From positions 372,001 to 436,000 of the forward strand of contig NW_026963312.1 in assembly GCF_036588685.1 (NCBI RefSeq): a stretch of 64,000 nt of DNA. Direction: 5' to 3'. This document shows positions 11,401 to 22,285 of the stretch, piece by piece. The notes under the pieces are model-generated. The model had not been told where the DNA came from. It searched no databases and worked only from the letters and a program-made list of their open reading frames with translations. Made by a program: the position numbers and the translations under genes. Each line of letters starts with the position of its first letter. The first letter of the stretch is position 1. This DNA comes from Mytilus trossulus (lineage: Eukaryota).

Positions 11401-14400
11401 ATCTCAAGTGTGTTATACTGTTTGAGGGGTATTCTCAAGGTACGTGAGAGTTGTTTCATTGTAAAGATAAATTAATTACCGAAAGACTGGTGTACTTTTA
11501 TTCGTGAAAGGGGCAAGGGAAAGTAATAAAATATTGGTTGAAGCGAACACATTGAAAATTCCCGTTAGCTACCTTGTGTTTTTTTTGGTACTGGTATGGA
11601 TAGTAAACCCCATATTGACAGAAACAAGTGCCTGTGATATCAAGGCACTGCCTGCACCATGTCCATAGCTCTTGGCCGGTTAGACTGAACAAATAATTCA
11701 GCTTTAGGTGGCCTAGTGTTACCTTTCATTGCTATCAGTAGAATGATGTAGTAGGCATGAAGATTGAATTGATTGCAGATTAGCTAAATATTTAAAGATA
11801 CAGTCACAGAATACATGATTTATTAAGTCTAAATGCATTGTCAGATTTAACTCTATTTCTCTGTATGATACTGACAGAAGATAGGTGCAAAAGGAATATT
11901 GAAGGCTTGTTTAAATTGATTTTATTTCTCTATTTTTATAGCACCCTAAGGTTGCAGAAACGGTTGGCCGCAGCCGTTCTCAAATGTGGAAAAAATAAAG
12001 TTTGGTTGGATCCAAATGAAACAAATGAAATAGCAAACGCTAACTCAAGTAAGTTAATTCTAAAAAGATGATTATTAAATGGTAAACAGCTGACTTGAGA
12101 GACAAAGAAATGAAGGTGGCTTTAAGTGAATTATGCTTGTTAAGGCCACTTTTTTTTTATTAGTTGGTTTACGGATCCGCCGACCCTGTTTTTCACGATT
12201 TTGAAATAAAAATAAAAACGATTTTGAAGATTTTTTTTAATTCCGCCGACCTTTTTCTGTTTGAAGAAGTACAAATAAAAATAAAAACATGAATAAAAAA
12301 AGATCGGTCTTTCTTCTTCCAGTCGGAATACCCTCGGAGTGAATTCGGAAATCCTGTGCGGTTCCCTGTTCAGTGAACGTTTCATAATGATCTAATGTGG
12401 TGAAAAGGAACCAGTTGAAAGGCGGTTCCCTGTTCAGTCAACGTTTCATCATGATTTAATGCGGTGAAAAGGAACCAGTTGAAAATGGAGGCAACTTCCA
12501 AGCAAGGACCGAAGCTCATAAACTCGGCAATCAATGTTACACGCAGGACTTCGGGAAAGTTCGGAGAGCCGACAACCTTGCTTCAGAAGTTGAAATGGAG
12601 GACCAGATACGATTTTGATATTGTTGCCTTGGAGATTTTCGGTGTAAATCTTAACGGTTGAACAAATTAAACATCGCAGTCATGAATAATAAAAATGAAA
12701 ATTATTTTTGAGATCATATGGTTTGGAAAGTTTGGTTTAAAAGGTCGAACAACCGCTAATTTGAAACCCTATTTTAGACAGTCAGTGAGGTTGACGGCGG
12801 GTCAACTTTGGTTCAAGTGTTGATCAGAAAGTCTGAAACCCGTCGAAAGGGGTTGTTTTAGTTTCTTGAGGATTGAGCTGCATTTGTCATTACATATATG
12901 AGGTACTAGTCCAAATAATTATGACGTCTGGCAAGGCTTTCTGGCATCCAAGATTTGTTTTAAATAGCCTTGCCAGACGTCACTTATGGGAAGAATCTTT
13001 TAACTTGCTGCCAGGGATGGGTGTCTGATTAATTGGCCTTATTATAAATACCATCCCACCGTACCCATTAAGATTTAATGGAACAGAGATGGGATATGGT
13101 GGACAAGATCCCAACACAAAATCAGAACATGTATTACTGTAATAGAATGCCTGACAATTAAAATCACTTCAACATTTATAAAAAGGGACAATCACAGAAC
13201 ACTTCAAGATATAAGCTTATACTTTATTAATAGCAGTGTAAAATAGCATAAAAAGCCTAAGAAGGACATGTTTTCATGTACCACATATGAAGGTATATGA
13301 CATGCAGAGCGCATATGGTATTTCCTCAATAAGATTGTATTTTGTTATGAGGAATTTTGTCACTCCCTGATCTAAATTTGATAAATAAATACACAGAACA
13401 AAGAGAAATGCAATTGGTAAAGACACTTCCCTTTCATCAGGAACATGGTTTCATCAATCTACATTGACATTGGACTCCTTGTAACACATTAAATTAATTT
13501 AAAACAGCAAGAATCAATACCAAATTATGAAACGATCTGCATACATGTTTAGTACAAAATGCATAATACTATCATATCTATCTATCTATCTTCCGTCAAG
13601 GAGTGGACTCATTTTTGAGTGTATATACTCCAGCAATTATATTACTATTATATAGAGTAATGTCATTGTTTGTTTCTCTTCATTTTTGGTTAAAAAAAAC
13701 CAGTATTAATTCCAATTTTTATTTTTATTTATTTTTCAACCTCCTACCCTACATTTTTTCATTGTTTTTATTTTTATTTTTTTTTCGACCTCCTACCCTT
13801 CCTTTTTTAAGAAGAATCCCGTAAACCAACTAATAAAAAAAAAGTGGCCTAAAGAATATAGGATTGTTAAAAAATGCAAGAAACTCTTTAACTGTCATTC
13901 TCCATTCAATCTGGATTAAACTTGTTAAAAGTCAATGCAAGACAGATATTTTTTAACAAGATGGCTGATTGGTTTGATACTCGCCTTGATTAACTTGTGC
14001 ATACATGTACATGTCGACAAATCAAGTGCTTTAGAAGAAATAGAAACAATCTAAGCTATATAAACATGTGAAGATAAACCTTTAAAGCAGTATTAGTTAA
14101 TATTGAGAATGATGATGAATTATATTTAATGTCTGAACATATGAGAGATTGCAGTGCCTTCATTGCTTTTCTTTGAATCGATCAATATGCCTGAATTCTC
14201 ATAAAATTAACACCTGTCATTTTTTGTGAAACATTCAAGAGACCTGAATCTCACAAAATTATCGTGGATTCTCTGTAGATCAGCAAAAGTTAAACACTTG
14301 CACTCTGAGGAGGTCCAAAAAAGATTTTTGACAAACTTGTTTACTTTGCATATATAATATATATTGAAAGTACACAAAAATAAGTTTTAAATTGATTCAA

Positions 14401-17400
14401 ATGGTCTTTGTTGGTAATACATTGTAACATTCAGCATATGTGTACATTCTAACCCTATCTTAAAACTTGTTGCTAATCAATAAAATGTTGTTGTAGAGGA
14501 TTACCTCTGTCATAAATCATGTCTTTTTGGAATCTGGTGGACTATCAATGTCTTTTAAATAAAGTTGTATCATTTTCGTTTTGGTGAAAAATATTGAACA
14601 TAATTGTACTTTCAATCCTTGTGCAAACATTAAAGAAACATTTTGCCCTCCAGTTGACCATGCAAACCTTTGTAAAGAATAAACATATATATATATATAT
14701 AGAAGTGTAAGCTATGATAGTGATTTACAATTTTGAGAATGATGATGAGTTATATTAAATGTCTGAACATATGAGAAATTGCAGTGCCATCATTGCTCTT
14801 CTATGAATCAATTAATACACCTGAATTCTCACAATTAAAATACAATGTACATGTACCGTTTTCTTGTTAAAGACCCCCAAATTCTTACAAATCACCATGT
14901 TCATGGGAAAAAAAAATACTGCACTTTTGTATCCTGCAATTACCAGGTAACTTTAAACATGTAGTATTATCTACATTTGTTTCAGGACAGAACATCAGAA
15001 AATTGGTAAAAGATGGTTTGATCATCCGTAAACCTGTGGCAGTACACTCCAGAGCTCGTGTAAGGAAAAATGCTCTTGCAAGAAGGAAAGGACGTCACAT
15101 GGGCCATGGTAAAAGGAAGGGTACTGCCAATGCTCGTATGCCTGTCAAAGTTTTATGGATTCGAAGAATGAGAGTCCTGAGAAGATTGTTAAAAAGATAC
15201 AGAGAAGCCAAGAAAATCGACAAGCACTTGTAAGATGATGTTTCATATTAGCACAAATGCTGCTTGTCCTTTCATACACCTAATTATATATAAACATAAG
15301 TGAAAACCAAATTTTTTTTTATAATGGTCATAAGTGCATTTACAAAATGTATAATATAGACAAACTTGATTATTGTATAATATAGATTTTGTAATTACAA
15401 TAATCAAGTTTGTCTATATCTGATTTGACCAAATAGTAAATTGTATCTATGTATCATTTAAAAAGCAGGAACTTATCAAAGTGCTGTTGAAAAGCAAGCA
15501 TTGAACCTTCCATGTTATGTATAGATGTATGCATGGCAATATTTGTTAATGTGGAGAGTTATGATGAGTTTTGTCTCGTTCGTATGAGGAAATGCAGTGG
15601 TAACATTGTTATTTTCTTTGAATCAACCTAGACAGCTGAACTCTATCAATACTGCCAAGAAATTTTAAAAATGGAAGTGAGGACAACCTTAACTAATGCT
15701 AATCAGTTATGTTACCCATCAGCTTTTAACACAACCAAAATTAGTTCCATTACAGAATGATTTTTAACCTGGTCTTTACTGACTAGCCTTGAGTGCATTG
15801 ACATTTTTTTGACATGGTTAAGGTACCAAAAGAAATATAGTAATTAAGAGTTTTATCACTTTTTATCAAACTGTGTCCCAGTAATTCACTATTAAAAGAA
15901 ACACATTAGAAAAAAGTTCGATTATTGGTCTTTAGACTGATAGTTTGAAATTATGGACTTTTGTACAGACAACCTTCACTGCTTTAGATCTGTACTGTAT
16001 ATCAAATGATTTTTGTCAGATTACATTCAGGCTTTGGTAATTTTAATAAGTTTCAAAAGCAGGGGAAAACCCAAGACCAATCAAATTGTAATGCTTTAAT
16101 AGATAACCAATCATTGCTGTGTTTGTCAATAATGTGAGTGATGATGAGTTTTTGTCTCGTTCGTATGAGAAATTGCAGTGGAAACATTGTTATTTCTTTG
16201 AATCAATCAAGACACCTGAACTCTTAAAAATTCGAAACTGCACAAAAGTTTACAGAATGGAAAGGTGAACAACCTTAACAAATGCTAAACAATTATGTTA
16301 CCCAACAGCTTTTAAAACAACTTAAATAAGTTCCATTACAGAATGATTTTTAACCTGGTTTAAACTGACTAGCCTTGAGTGCATTGAACCTGGTTTTTTT
16401 TTACAGTTTTATTAAAGGTACCAAAAGAAAAATAGTAAATCAGAGTTTTATCAATTTTATCGAACTGTTTCCCTGTAATTCATCTAATGGCTAATTAACC
16501 AAAGAAATACATTAGAAAATTGTTCGAATGTTGGTCTTGAGACTAGTACTTCTAGTAAATTGAAAAGATTTTGGTGCAGACAGCCTACACTGCTCTAGAT
16601 CTGTACTGTACATCAAATTGCTATGCTTTAATAGATTAACACTCATTGCCGTGTCTGTCAAAATTGTGAGTAATGATGAGTTTTTGTCTCGTTCGTATGA
16701 GAAAGTGCAATGGAAACATTGTTTCTTTCTTTGAATCAACCTAGACACCTGAACTCCCACAAATTGACTTGAGTACACTTATTGAATATGAATTAGTTTC
16801 TTGTGTAGCTTTATTGGTTTACATGTACCACATCAAAATTTCCAACAAAACTCACTATTTGTAGTTAGGTTATCATGGTTATGAAGTGTTGCGCTTTTTG
16901 TTTGATGATTGTAGTGTTAAATAAGCACTTGTCTGTTGTTAAAGGCCTTTTGCATACCTTTTTAGCTCACTGTTCCAAAGGAGCTTTAGCCATCACTTGT
17001 CGTTGTCATCTGTCAGGTGTAAACTATAAATTTATGTAACTTATTTATATATATTATTGGAGATATTGCAGCCTTTTCAATCTAAATATTAATAAAATAA
17101 AATGACATATTGTGAGTGATGATGAGTTTTTGTCTCGTTCGTATGAGAAAGTGCAGTGGCAACACTTGTTATTTTCTGTGAATCAACCTAGACACCTGAA
17201 CTCTACATTATATTTTCTTTAAATCAATTAAGACCCATGCAAGCCACATTTGACTTTCTATGAAACAATCAAGACACATGAACCTTAAAAAAGGATGAAA
17301 GGTGCTATTATTAGTACAATATAATACAAACTTAATTAATTTGATGCTGTATATACTTTACCCAATTCAAAGACAAAAATGTTCAATTTTATCCACAATG

Positions 17401-17835
17401 ATTTCAGAGAATTTTAGTATGATGTAACATAATTAATGACCTCTTTGCTCATTAGAGTTTCACGCAATTCAAATTCAAATATTTTCTAATAGATTTCAGA
17501 GAAATTTTGATCAATGTCACTTAATGAATTGCCTATATTTATTGCAGTTCTACATGTAATTTTATGAAGTTTTAAAATGTTCTGCTTTATTTTTTAGGTA
17601 CCATGAATTATACATGAAATGTAAAGGTAACGGTTTCAAGAATAAACGTGTCTTGATGGAACATATTCACAAGAGGAAGGCAGAAAAGAACAGAAGCAAA
17701 GTTCTCAGTGACCAAGCAGAGGCTAGAAGAACGAGAGTCAAGGAGGCTCGTAAGCGTCGTGAGGAGCGTATCAAAACAAAGAAGGAAGAACTGCTCAAAT
17801 CTTTCTCTGAAAAGGAAGAACCTGCTAAGAAATAA
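8423..17835 (+). CDS. RPL19: 60S ribosomal protein L19 (eL19); exons 8423-8427, 11942-12048, 14986-15229, 17598-17835; 197 aa
   Basis: Joined exons (5+107+244+238=594 nt) read [51 protein letters not shown]...[12 protein letters not shown]...[30 protein letters not shown]...PAKK*. All introns GT-AG and in phase. Confidence 0.98.
8985..9971. mobile_element. Long-TIR (MULE-like) MITE in RPL19 intron 1
   Basis: GGCAGTGTC...GACACTGCC ends, inverted arms of roughly 250-300 bp, exact 9-bp TSD CAATTTTAT (8976-8984, 9972-9980). Confidence 0.85.
10431..10585. repeat. Palindrome of about 155 bp
   Basis: AATGAATGGC...TTGACTCTTCACATT mirrored by AATGTGAAGAGTCAA...GCCATTCATT. Confidence 0.8.
10921..11636. 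mobile_element. Foldback element (P/Galileo-like termini) in RPL19 intron 1
   Basis: Near-perfect inverted arms of about 305 bp starting CACAGGCACTTGT, more degenerate centre, exact 8-bp TSD ATATCAAG (10913-10920, 11637-11644). Confidence 0.85.
12144..13849. mobile_element. Non-autonomous DNA transposon with TAA TSD (PIF/Harbinger- or Zator-like) in RPL19 intron 2
   Basis: TIR GGCCACTTTTTTTTT(T)ATTAGTTGGTTTACGG at both ends; TAA at 12141-12143 and 13850-13852. Confidence 0.8.
12492..12592. mobile_element. 101-bp MITE nested in the 12144-13849 element
   Basis: TIR CAACTTC.AAGCAAGG / CCTTGCTTC.GAAGTTG; 9-bp TSD AAATGGAGG. Confidence 0.85.
14104..14201 (+). ncRNA. SNORD72: Box C/D snoRNA A1, SNORD72-like; predicted guide for 28S rRNA Um (human U4590 old / U4620 new numbering)
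   Basis: Terminal stem TGAGAAT/ATTCTCA, C box ATGATGA 14112-14118, antisense AATGTCTGAAC complementary to 28S GUUCAGACAUU, D' ATGA 14141-14144, D box CTGA 14191-14194; in RPL19 intron 2, sense strand. Confidence 0.85.
14734..14831 (+). ncRNA. SNORD72: Box C/D snoRNA A2, SNORD72-like (same 28S target)
   Basis: Stem TGAGAAT/ATTCTCA, C box 14742-14748, 12-nt antisense AAATGTCTGAAC, D' ATGA 14771-14774, D box CTGA 14821-14824. Confidence 0.87.
15555..15644 (+). ncRNA. Box C/D snoRNA B1; predicted guide for 18S rRNA Am (human A1383 equivalent)
   Basis: Stem AGAGT/ACTCT, C box 15561-15567, antisense GTCTCGTTCGT 15573-15583 complementary to 18S ACGAACGAGAC, D' ATGA 15584-15587, D box CTGA 15636-15639; RPL19 intron 3. 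Confidence 0.85.
16136..16223 (+). ncRNA. Box C/D snoRNA B2 (18S Am1383-equivalent guide)
   Basis: Stem GAGT/ACTC, C box 16141-16147, guide 16154-16164, D' 16165-16168, D box 16216-16219. Confidence 0.85.
16668..16756 (+). ncRNA. Box C/D snoRNA B3 (18S Am1383-equivalent guide)
   Basis: Stem GAGT/ACTC, C box 16673-16679, guide 16686-16696, D' 16697-16700, D box 16749-16752. Confidence 0.85.
17114..17203 (+). ncRNA. Box C/D snoRNA B4 (18S Am1383-equivalent guide)
   Basis: Stem GAGT/ACTC, C box 17119-17125, guide 17132-17142, D' 17143-17146, D box 17196-17199. Confidence 0.85.
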
Positions 17836-17836
17836 A
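17831..17836 (+). terminator. Candidate poly(A) signal AATAAA overlapping the RPL19 stop codon
   Basis: AAA TAA A at 17830-17836 followed by T-rich sequence. Further AATAAA hexamers lie near 17916 and 17941. Confidence 0.5.
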
Positions 17837-20679
17837 GACAGTGCTCTTAACTTATTTCATCTCTTCATTTTGTCTATATCTTCATAGTCATTTCACCATG
17901 AAAACAAACTACAAAAATAAAACAAAAACACAGTCAAATGAATAAAAAGTTGCTTTAAAAGGGTAAATGGAAATGTAGGTTATGCATCAGTGAGAAAGCA
18001 ATAGAATGACGCTTAAACTGACACTCGAATAAATCAATCTTTAAAAAAATCAGTTAATGCTAGACTTGAAAAATCTGCAAGATGCACTGTGTCAATAAGA
18101 CCGCAAGAAATTGTTGACAAAAGACCAGAAAAAATCACCACAGGAGTTTAACACTGAACAAGAGCCTATACAGTACATCAGGTGGTTTATTTCAACTCTC
18201 GGTTGTGCTTTATGATGGTGATAATACATGTAGATCACTCTGAAATATTGTGTATTTAAGATGTTTTGCCTTGTAAAAAAATATTCCCTTGTCAACCTTC
18301 TCCAGGAAGACAATCATCTAGATCACTTAAATATTCTTCTGTATATTAAGCAAATAATGCATTATAAATAAATAATTCCCTTGTCAACCTTAACAAGCAA
18401 GCAATGTTAAAAGTTGGAAATCCAAAATAATCTATGAAACAATTGTTTGATGAATTCCAGTAGCAAATATTTCATGCTCATTCAGAACTACAACAAATAT
18501 TAGATGGTAGGTTTGACAAACAGGGAGGGATTGAAATGCAAGCAGGATAAGATATAGTTTGTCAGATACAATGTATATGGCAGAAAAACAAAAAATGTTC
18601 CCTACTCAAACTGAACACGGTTGTGAATCATTAGCAGTATCAGACTGAATACTGGATCATTAAATACGTGTAGATTTGAAGATTTAAAACCAAAATAACT
18701 ATTCTTATCTGAGTTAAAAAAAATTAAGAACTTTATAACATTTATCAACCGAATATGAAATTACGAGGCATCTAAAATGTTTTTTGTGTGATTGGAGGCT
18801 GCATGGTAGCATTTGTTAACTTTCATCTTTGGGTTCTTTATATGCAGCTTTTGTTGCAGAAAGCTCTACATGGGGATAGTGATCCGGTGGTGGCAGTGTT
18901 GGCTAACTTTTTAGAAGGTAGAAGACCTGGATGCTTCATACTTTGTCTATATATGACTCATGTTACGAAGTTTCTGTCTGTTACATGTCCAATGTATTTT
19001 CATGGTTCAGTGGTAAGTTTTTGTCTGTTTTTCATATACTGAATGCAGTAGGTCTATATTTGGTGTATGGAAAGAATGTAAGGTGTACATCTCTAGCTGG
19101 TAGGTGTCGTCTTACCAGACTCGATTGCTTGACCTTATTTTCATGGTTCAGTGGTCAAAATTAAATATTTGAGTTTTGTTCTTGTAGTATCATACTATAT
19201 TTGGTGTATGGAAATATTTTATGATCTATATGTCGGTCACTCTGATTTAATTTGACCTTGACATCAATATTCATACCATAAAGTAGAAGGTTTGGATTTA
19301 ATTTAAGGGTTATTGGGCAAACAGTCTAGGAATTAAACACCAAAAACAAGCATTTTGATACGAACGCGGAACAATAACTAATCGATCTTTCTGACATTGT
19401 ACCACAAGGTTCAATATAACGAAGGAAAGGCTTTAATTAGGTTCGAGGTAAACATCCCTGAATATTTAGAAAAAAGGGCCCATAAGAAGCATTTTTCTAG
19501 TTTACAGGCAATTACTTGTGTTTATCTCTGAAATTATACTTCAAAGGAAAGGATGGAATTGAGTCTTGCTCCAAGGTTGAGGGGGGGGGGGGGGGTCAAC
19601 AAGTGAGGGCCCAAATAAGCACTTTTGTAGTTCAGTCAATAACTTGTGTTCAAGTATAAAAATCTTCCTCAAATTATACTACAAAGGGATAGTCTTGGGG
19701 GGGTTATGGCGCAAATCATTTAGCAATTAGGGGGAACACGAGGGTTTTTCTGTTAAAAGGACAATTTAAATGCTATAAAAGCAGTGTAAGGAAGGAATTG
19801 CAGTTAAAATTTATAGACTGATATATATGTTAAAATTACTTGATTACCTCCCGTACACTGCTTGTTATCAAAAGTTTCAAGAAGAAATCTCAGATTGTGC
19901 AATAGATTTGTAAGATCTTTGACCACATTTATTTTGTGACAAAAACTTGTATTATGTCATTTTTTTTTATCACAAACCCAAATTCAGACAGTATCAAGCT
20001 TGAATATAGTGCCCAACTGATCAGGGTTCAACCACTAAGGTCGTATAAAGATGTGCCGTGCGGATCACTTGGTTGTTTGTATCATTTGATGCGTATCAGA
20101 TTGCAAGACATGACGATAACGATTCAATGGTGTAAACAGTTTGTAGATTTCCTGGATGCTTCATTTATTGTATGCAAACGACTTACGTTGAGCAGTATCT
20201 CTCTTGTGACCATTGTCATTGATTTTTATTAAGGTTTACCTTTGTCTGTAAGTTGCAAAATTGCATTAACTTTAGTTTGCTTCGACCAAATGTTTATAAT
20301 GAAACTTGTACACAATGCTTTATACCACAATCCACCGGTCAATTTCGAATATTGGTGAGCCGTCATTTTTACAGTTCTTCAGTAATGTCTCTTTATAACA
20401 TTTATGCTTGTAGCAACGGTCACCTATATTTGGTGTATTTTTGTTGTATTGCAGGGTTGACTTCGATGTCATTTTTATTTTCCATTGGTCAATGTTCTAT
20501 TTTCTGAATGACGGTTATTTCTTGAATACATGCACACACAATATCTAATAATTTCCCAATCTAATTAAAATTAAATCCTTTAATTGCTCCTGTTCTGATA
20601 TGTCGCGATTTTATTTTACTAGATTGATAATTTCTCTATATGGCATAATTAATAAGGTAGGCGAGACTTGGCCCTAACA

Positions 20680-21036
20680 GGGGGGGATGTGTTACTACCT
20701 ATATTTTTAGTGGTATGAGTGTGCCGCAAAACGGTTACTTTTTCATGTCCTGCTGGTTAGAACAGGGTCCCTTTTTCGTGTTCTGCTGGTTAAAACAGGG
20801 TCCCTTTTTCATGTTCTGCTGGTTAGATCAAGGTCGCTTTTTTATGCCCTGCTGGTGAGAACAGGATCGCTTTTTTCATGCGCTGCTGGAGAGAAGTGGA
20901 TATTTTTAAATCTTAAGTATTTGTCTAGAACAGGGTATACATTTCTGTTCGTGTTTAGAACATGGTATATTCTTCAATATTTTTGCTGTCGGCACAGTTA
21001 TACCAAAAGGAAAGTCAGTTACCCCCGCCCCCGGGG
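20680..21036. mobile_element. G/C-ended non-autonomous element with internal 33-bp tandem repeat
   Basis: About 5 units of CTTTTTCATGTYCTGCTGGTTAGAACAGGGTC at 20738-20890 between poly-G and CCCC..CCGGGG ends. Confidence 0.5.
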
Positions 21037-21929
21037 ACTTGGCACTACACTTGAATCTTAATTGCGGTAGATCGAACGTTGGTCCATATATAGCGGATCA
21101 AACTGGGATTTAACATTGGTATTTGTTGCTTCTACCGTAAGGACACATAGAATTCGAAAGGACAGCCGATTTCATTTTCATACCGCCCTGCGGAGCATCT
21201 GGTTCTAGTTTACATGCAATAACATGTGTTTAAGTGTTTGGATCTTTCTGAAAATTACACATCAAAGGAAAGGCTGAAATATTGAGTCTTGCTCCAGGGG
21301 GGGGGGGGGGGGGTTCAGCAAGTGAGGGGACCAAATAAGCACTTTTGTAGTTTTCAGTCAATAGATAGTGTTTCCGCTTATTGCATTTTCGTGTTCATAT
21401 AATATGCTTGAAATATGTGTTGCTGGTGTTAAATAAACGAATCCGTCAGTATTATTTGCTCTAATTTCGTTATATACATGTACATCTTAGGTCTCTTAGG
21501 GGTCATACTATTAGAAATAAATAGGTCGGTAAAAACGCGTATTTCATATCCTTAGGTTGCAGGTTCCAAAGTCGGCTCATGGCTTTAGATGCTTGGGTTC
21601 CAGGTGGAGTTGATGTTACCAGACAATAGAAATGCACAACCGATAGATGCGTTCAAATGAAGGGGCAAATAATTTGACCAGCTTTCATGGCAGAAATCAG
21701 AGGAGGCAGTACAACTGACTGAAAGAAGTCTACAAAAATTATTGATTAAGCGTCGACTTTATGATATTATGTATGAAAGGGATAATTTTATTTTTCGTAT
21801 TCGTTTCGAAAATGATCGAGTTTTATCACGTATATTTATTTTCAACTGTCGTACAACAACTTACTGGTTTACAACATTCATACATGTCGTAAGAAGAAAA
21901 TTTTCGTCAATCTTAATTTTCTTGAAATG

Positions 21930-22250
21930 AATGAATGAATACTTTATTCTCATAAAACAAAAATGTATCAGAGAATAAATACATATTAATTAATAATATA
22001 CAAATGTATAACGCATGTTTAAATTACATATACATGTATTAACTATAAAATAAACAATTATTGGCTTCAATGTTTTAAGAAAATGATCAGTTACCAGTTG
22101 TACTTCTGCATACGTATTACCTTAATGAACATTCTTAATGTTTATTTGCCAGTATGTTCTATATGGAACATATACTATATACTGTTCCTAAAGCTTGGTT
22201 TTATAATAAAAACAATGTACGACATTAACTGCAAATGTATTAAAATGTTT
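21930..22250 (-). mobile_element. Probable LINE 3' end relic
   Basis: AATAAA followed by (ATTC)n tail on the minus strand at about 21930-21950, with degenerate coding-like sequence upstream. Confidence 0.4.
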
Positions 22251-22285
22251 TTATTTTGTTCATTTTTATAATTTCATGCCAACAT

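Noticed and set aside
10867-11692. Two ORFs with near-identical peptides on opposite strands (also 8829-9068 and 9912-10103)
   Set aside because: Artefact of the inverted arms of foldback elements.
15671-15800. Additional ncRNA in the conserved spacer between B1 and B2
   Set aside because: Similarity to 16257-16386 is explained by the tandem duplication; no canonical C/D or H/ACA layout.
14175-17199. Second (D-box) guides in the six snoRNAs
   Set aside because: Sequence before CTGA varies among copies and I recognise no rRNA complement; not excluded without a target search.
20738-20890. 33-bp repeats as a CRISPR-like or regulatory array
   Set aside because: Head-to-tail tandem units without spacers, inside a transposon-like element.
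18092-22271. Numerous 60-100 aa ORFs between RPL19 and SDR copy 1, and similar ones elsewhere
   Set aside because: No recognisable motifs or splice-consistent structure; they overlap repeats or AT-rich intergenic DNA.
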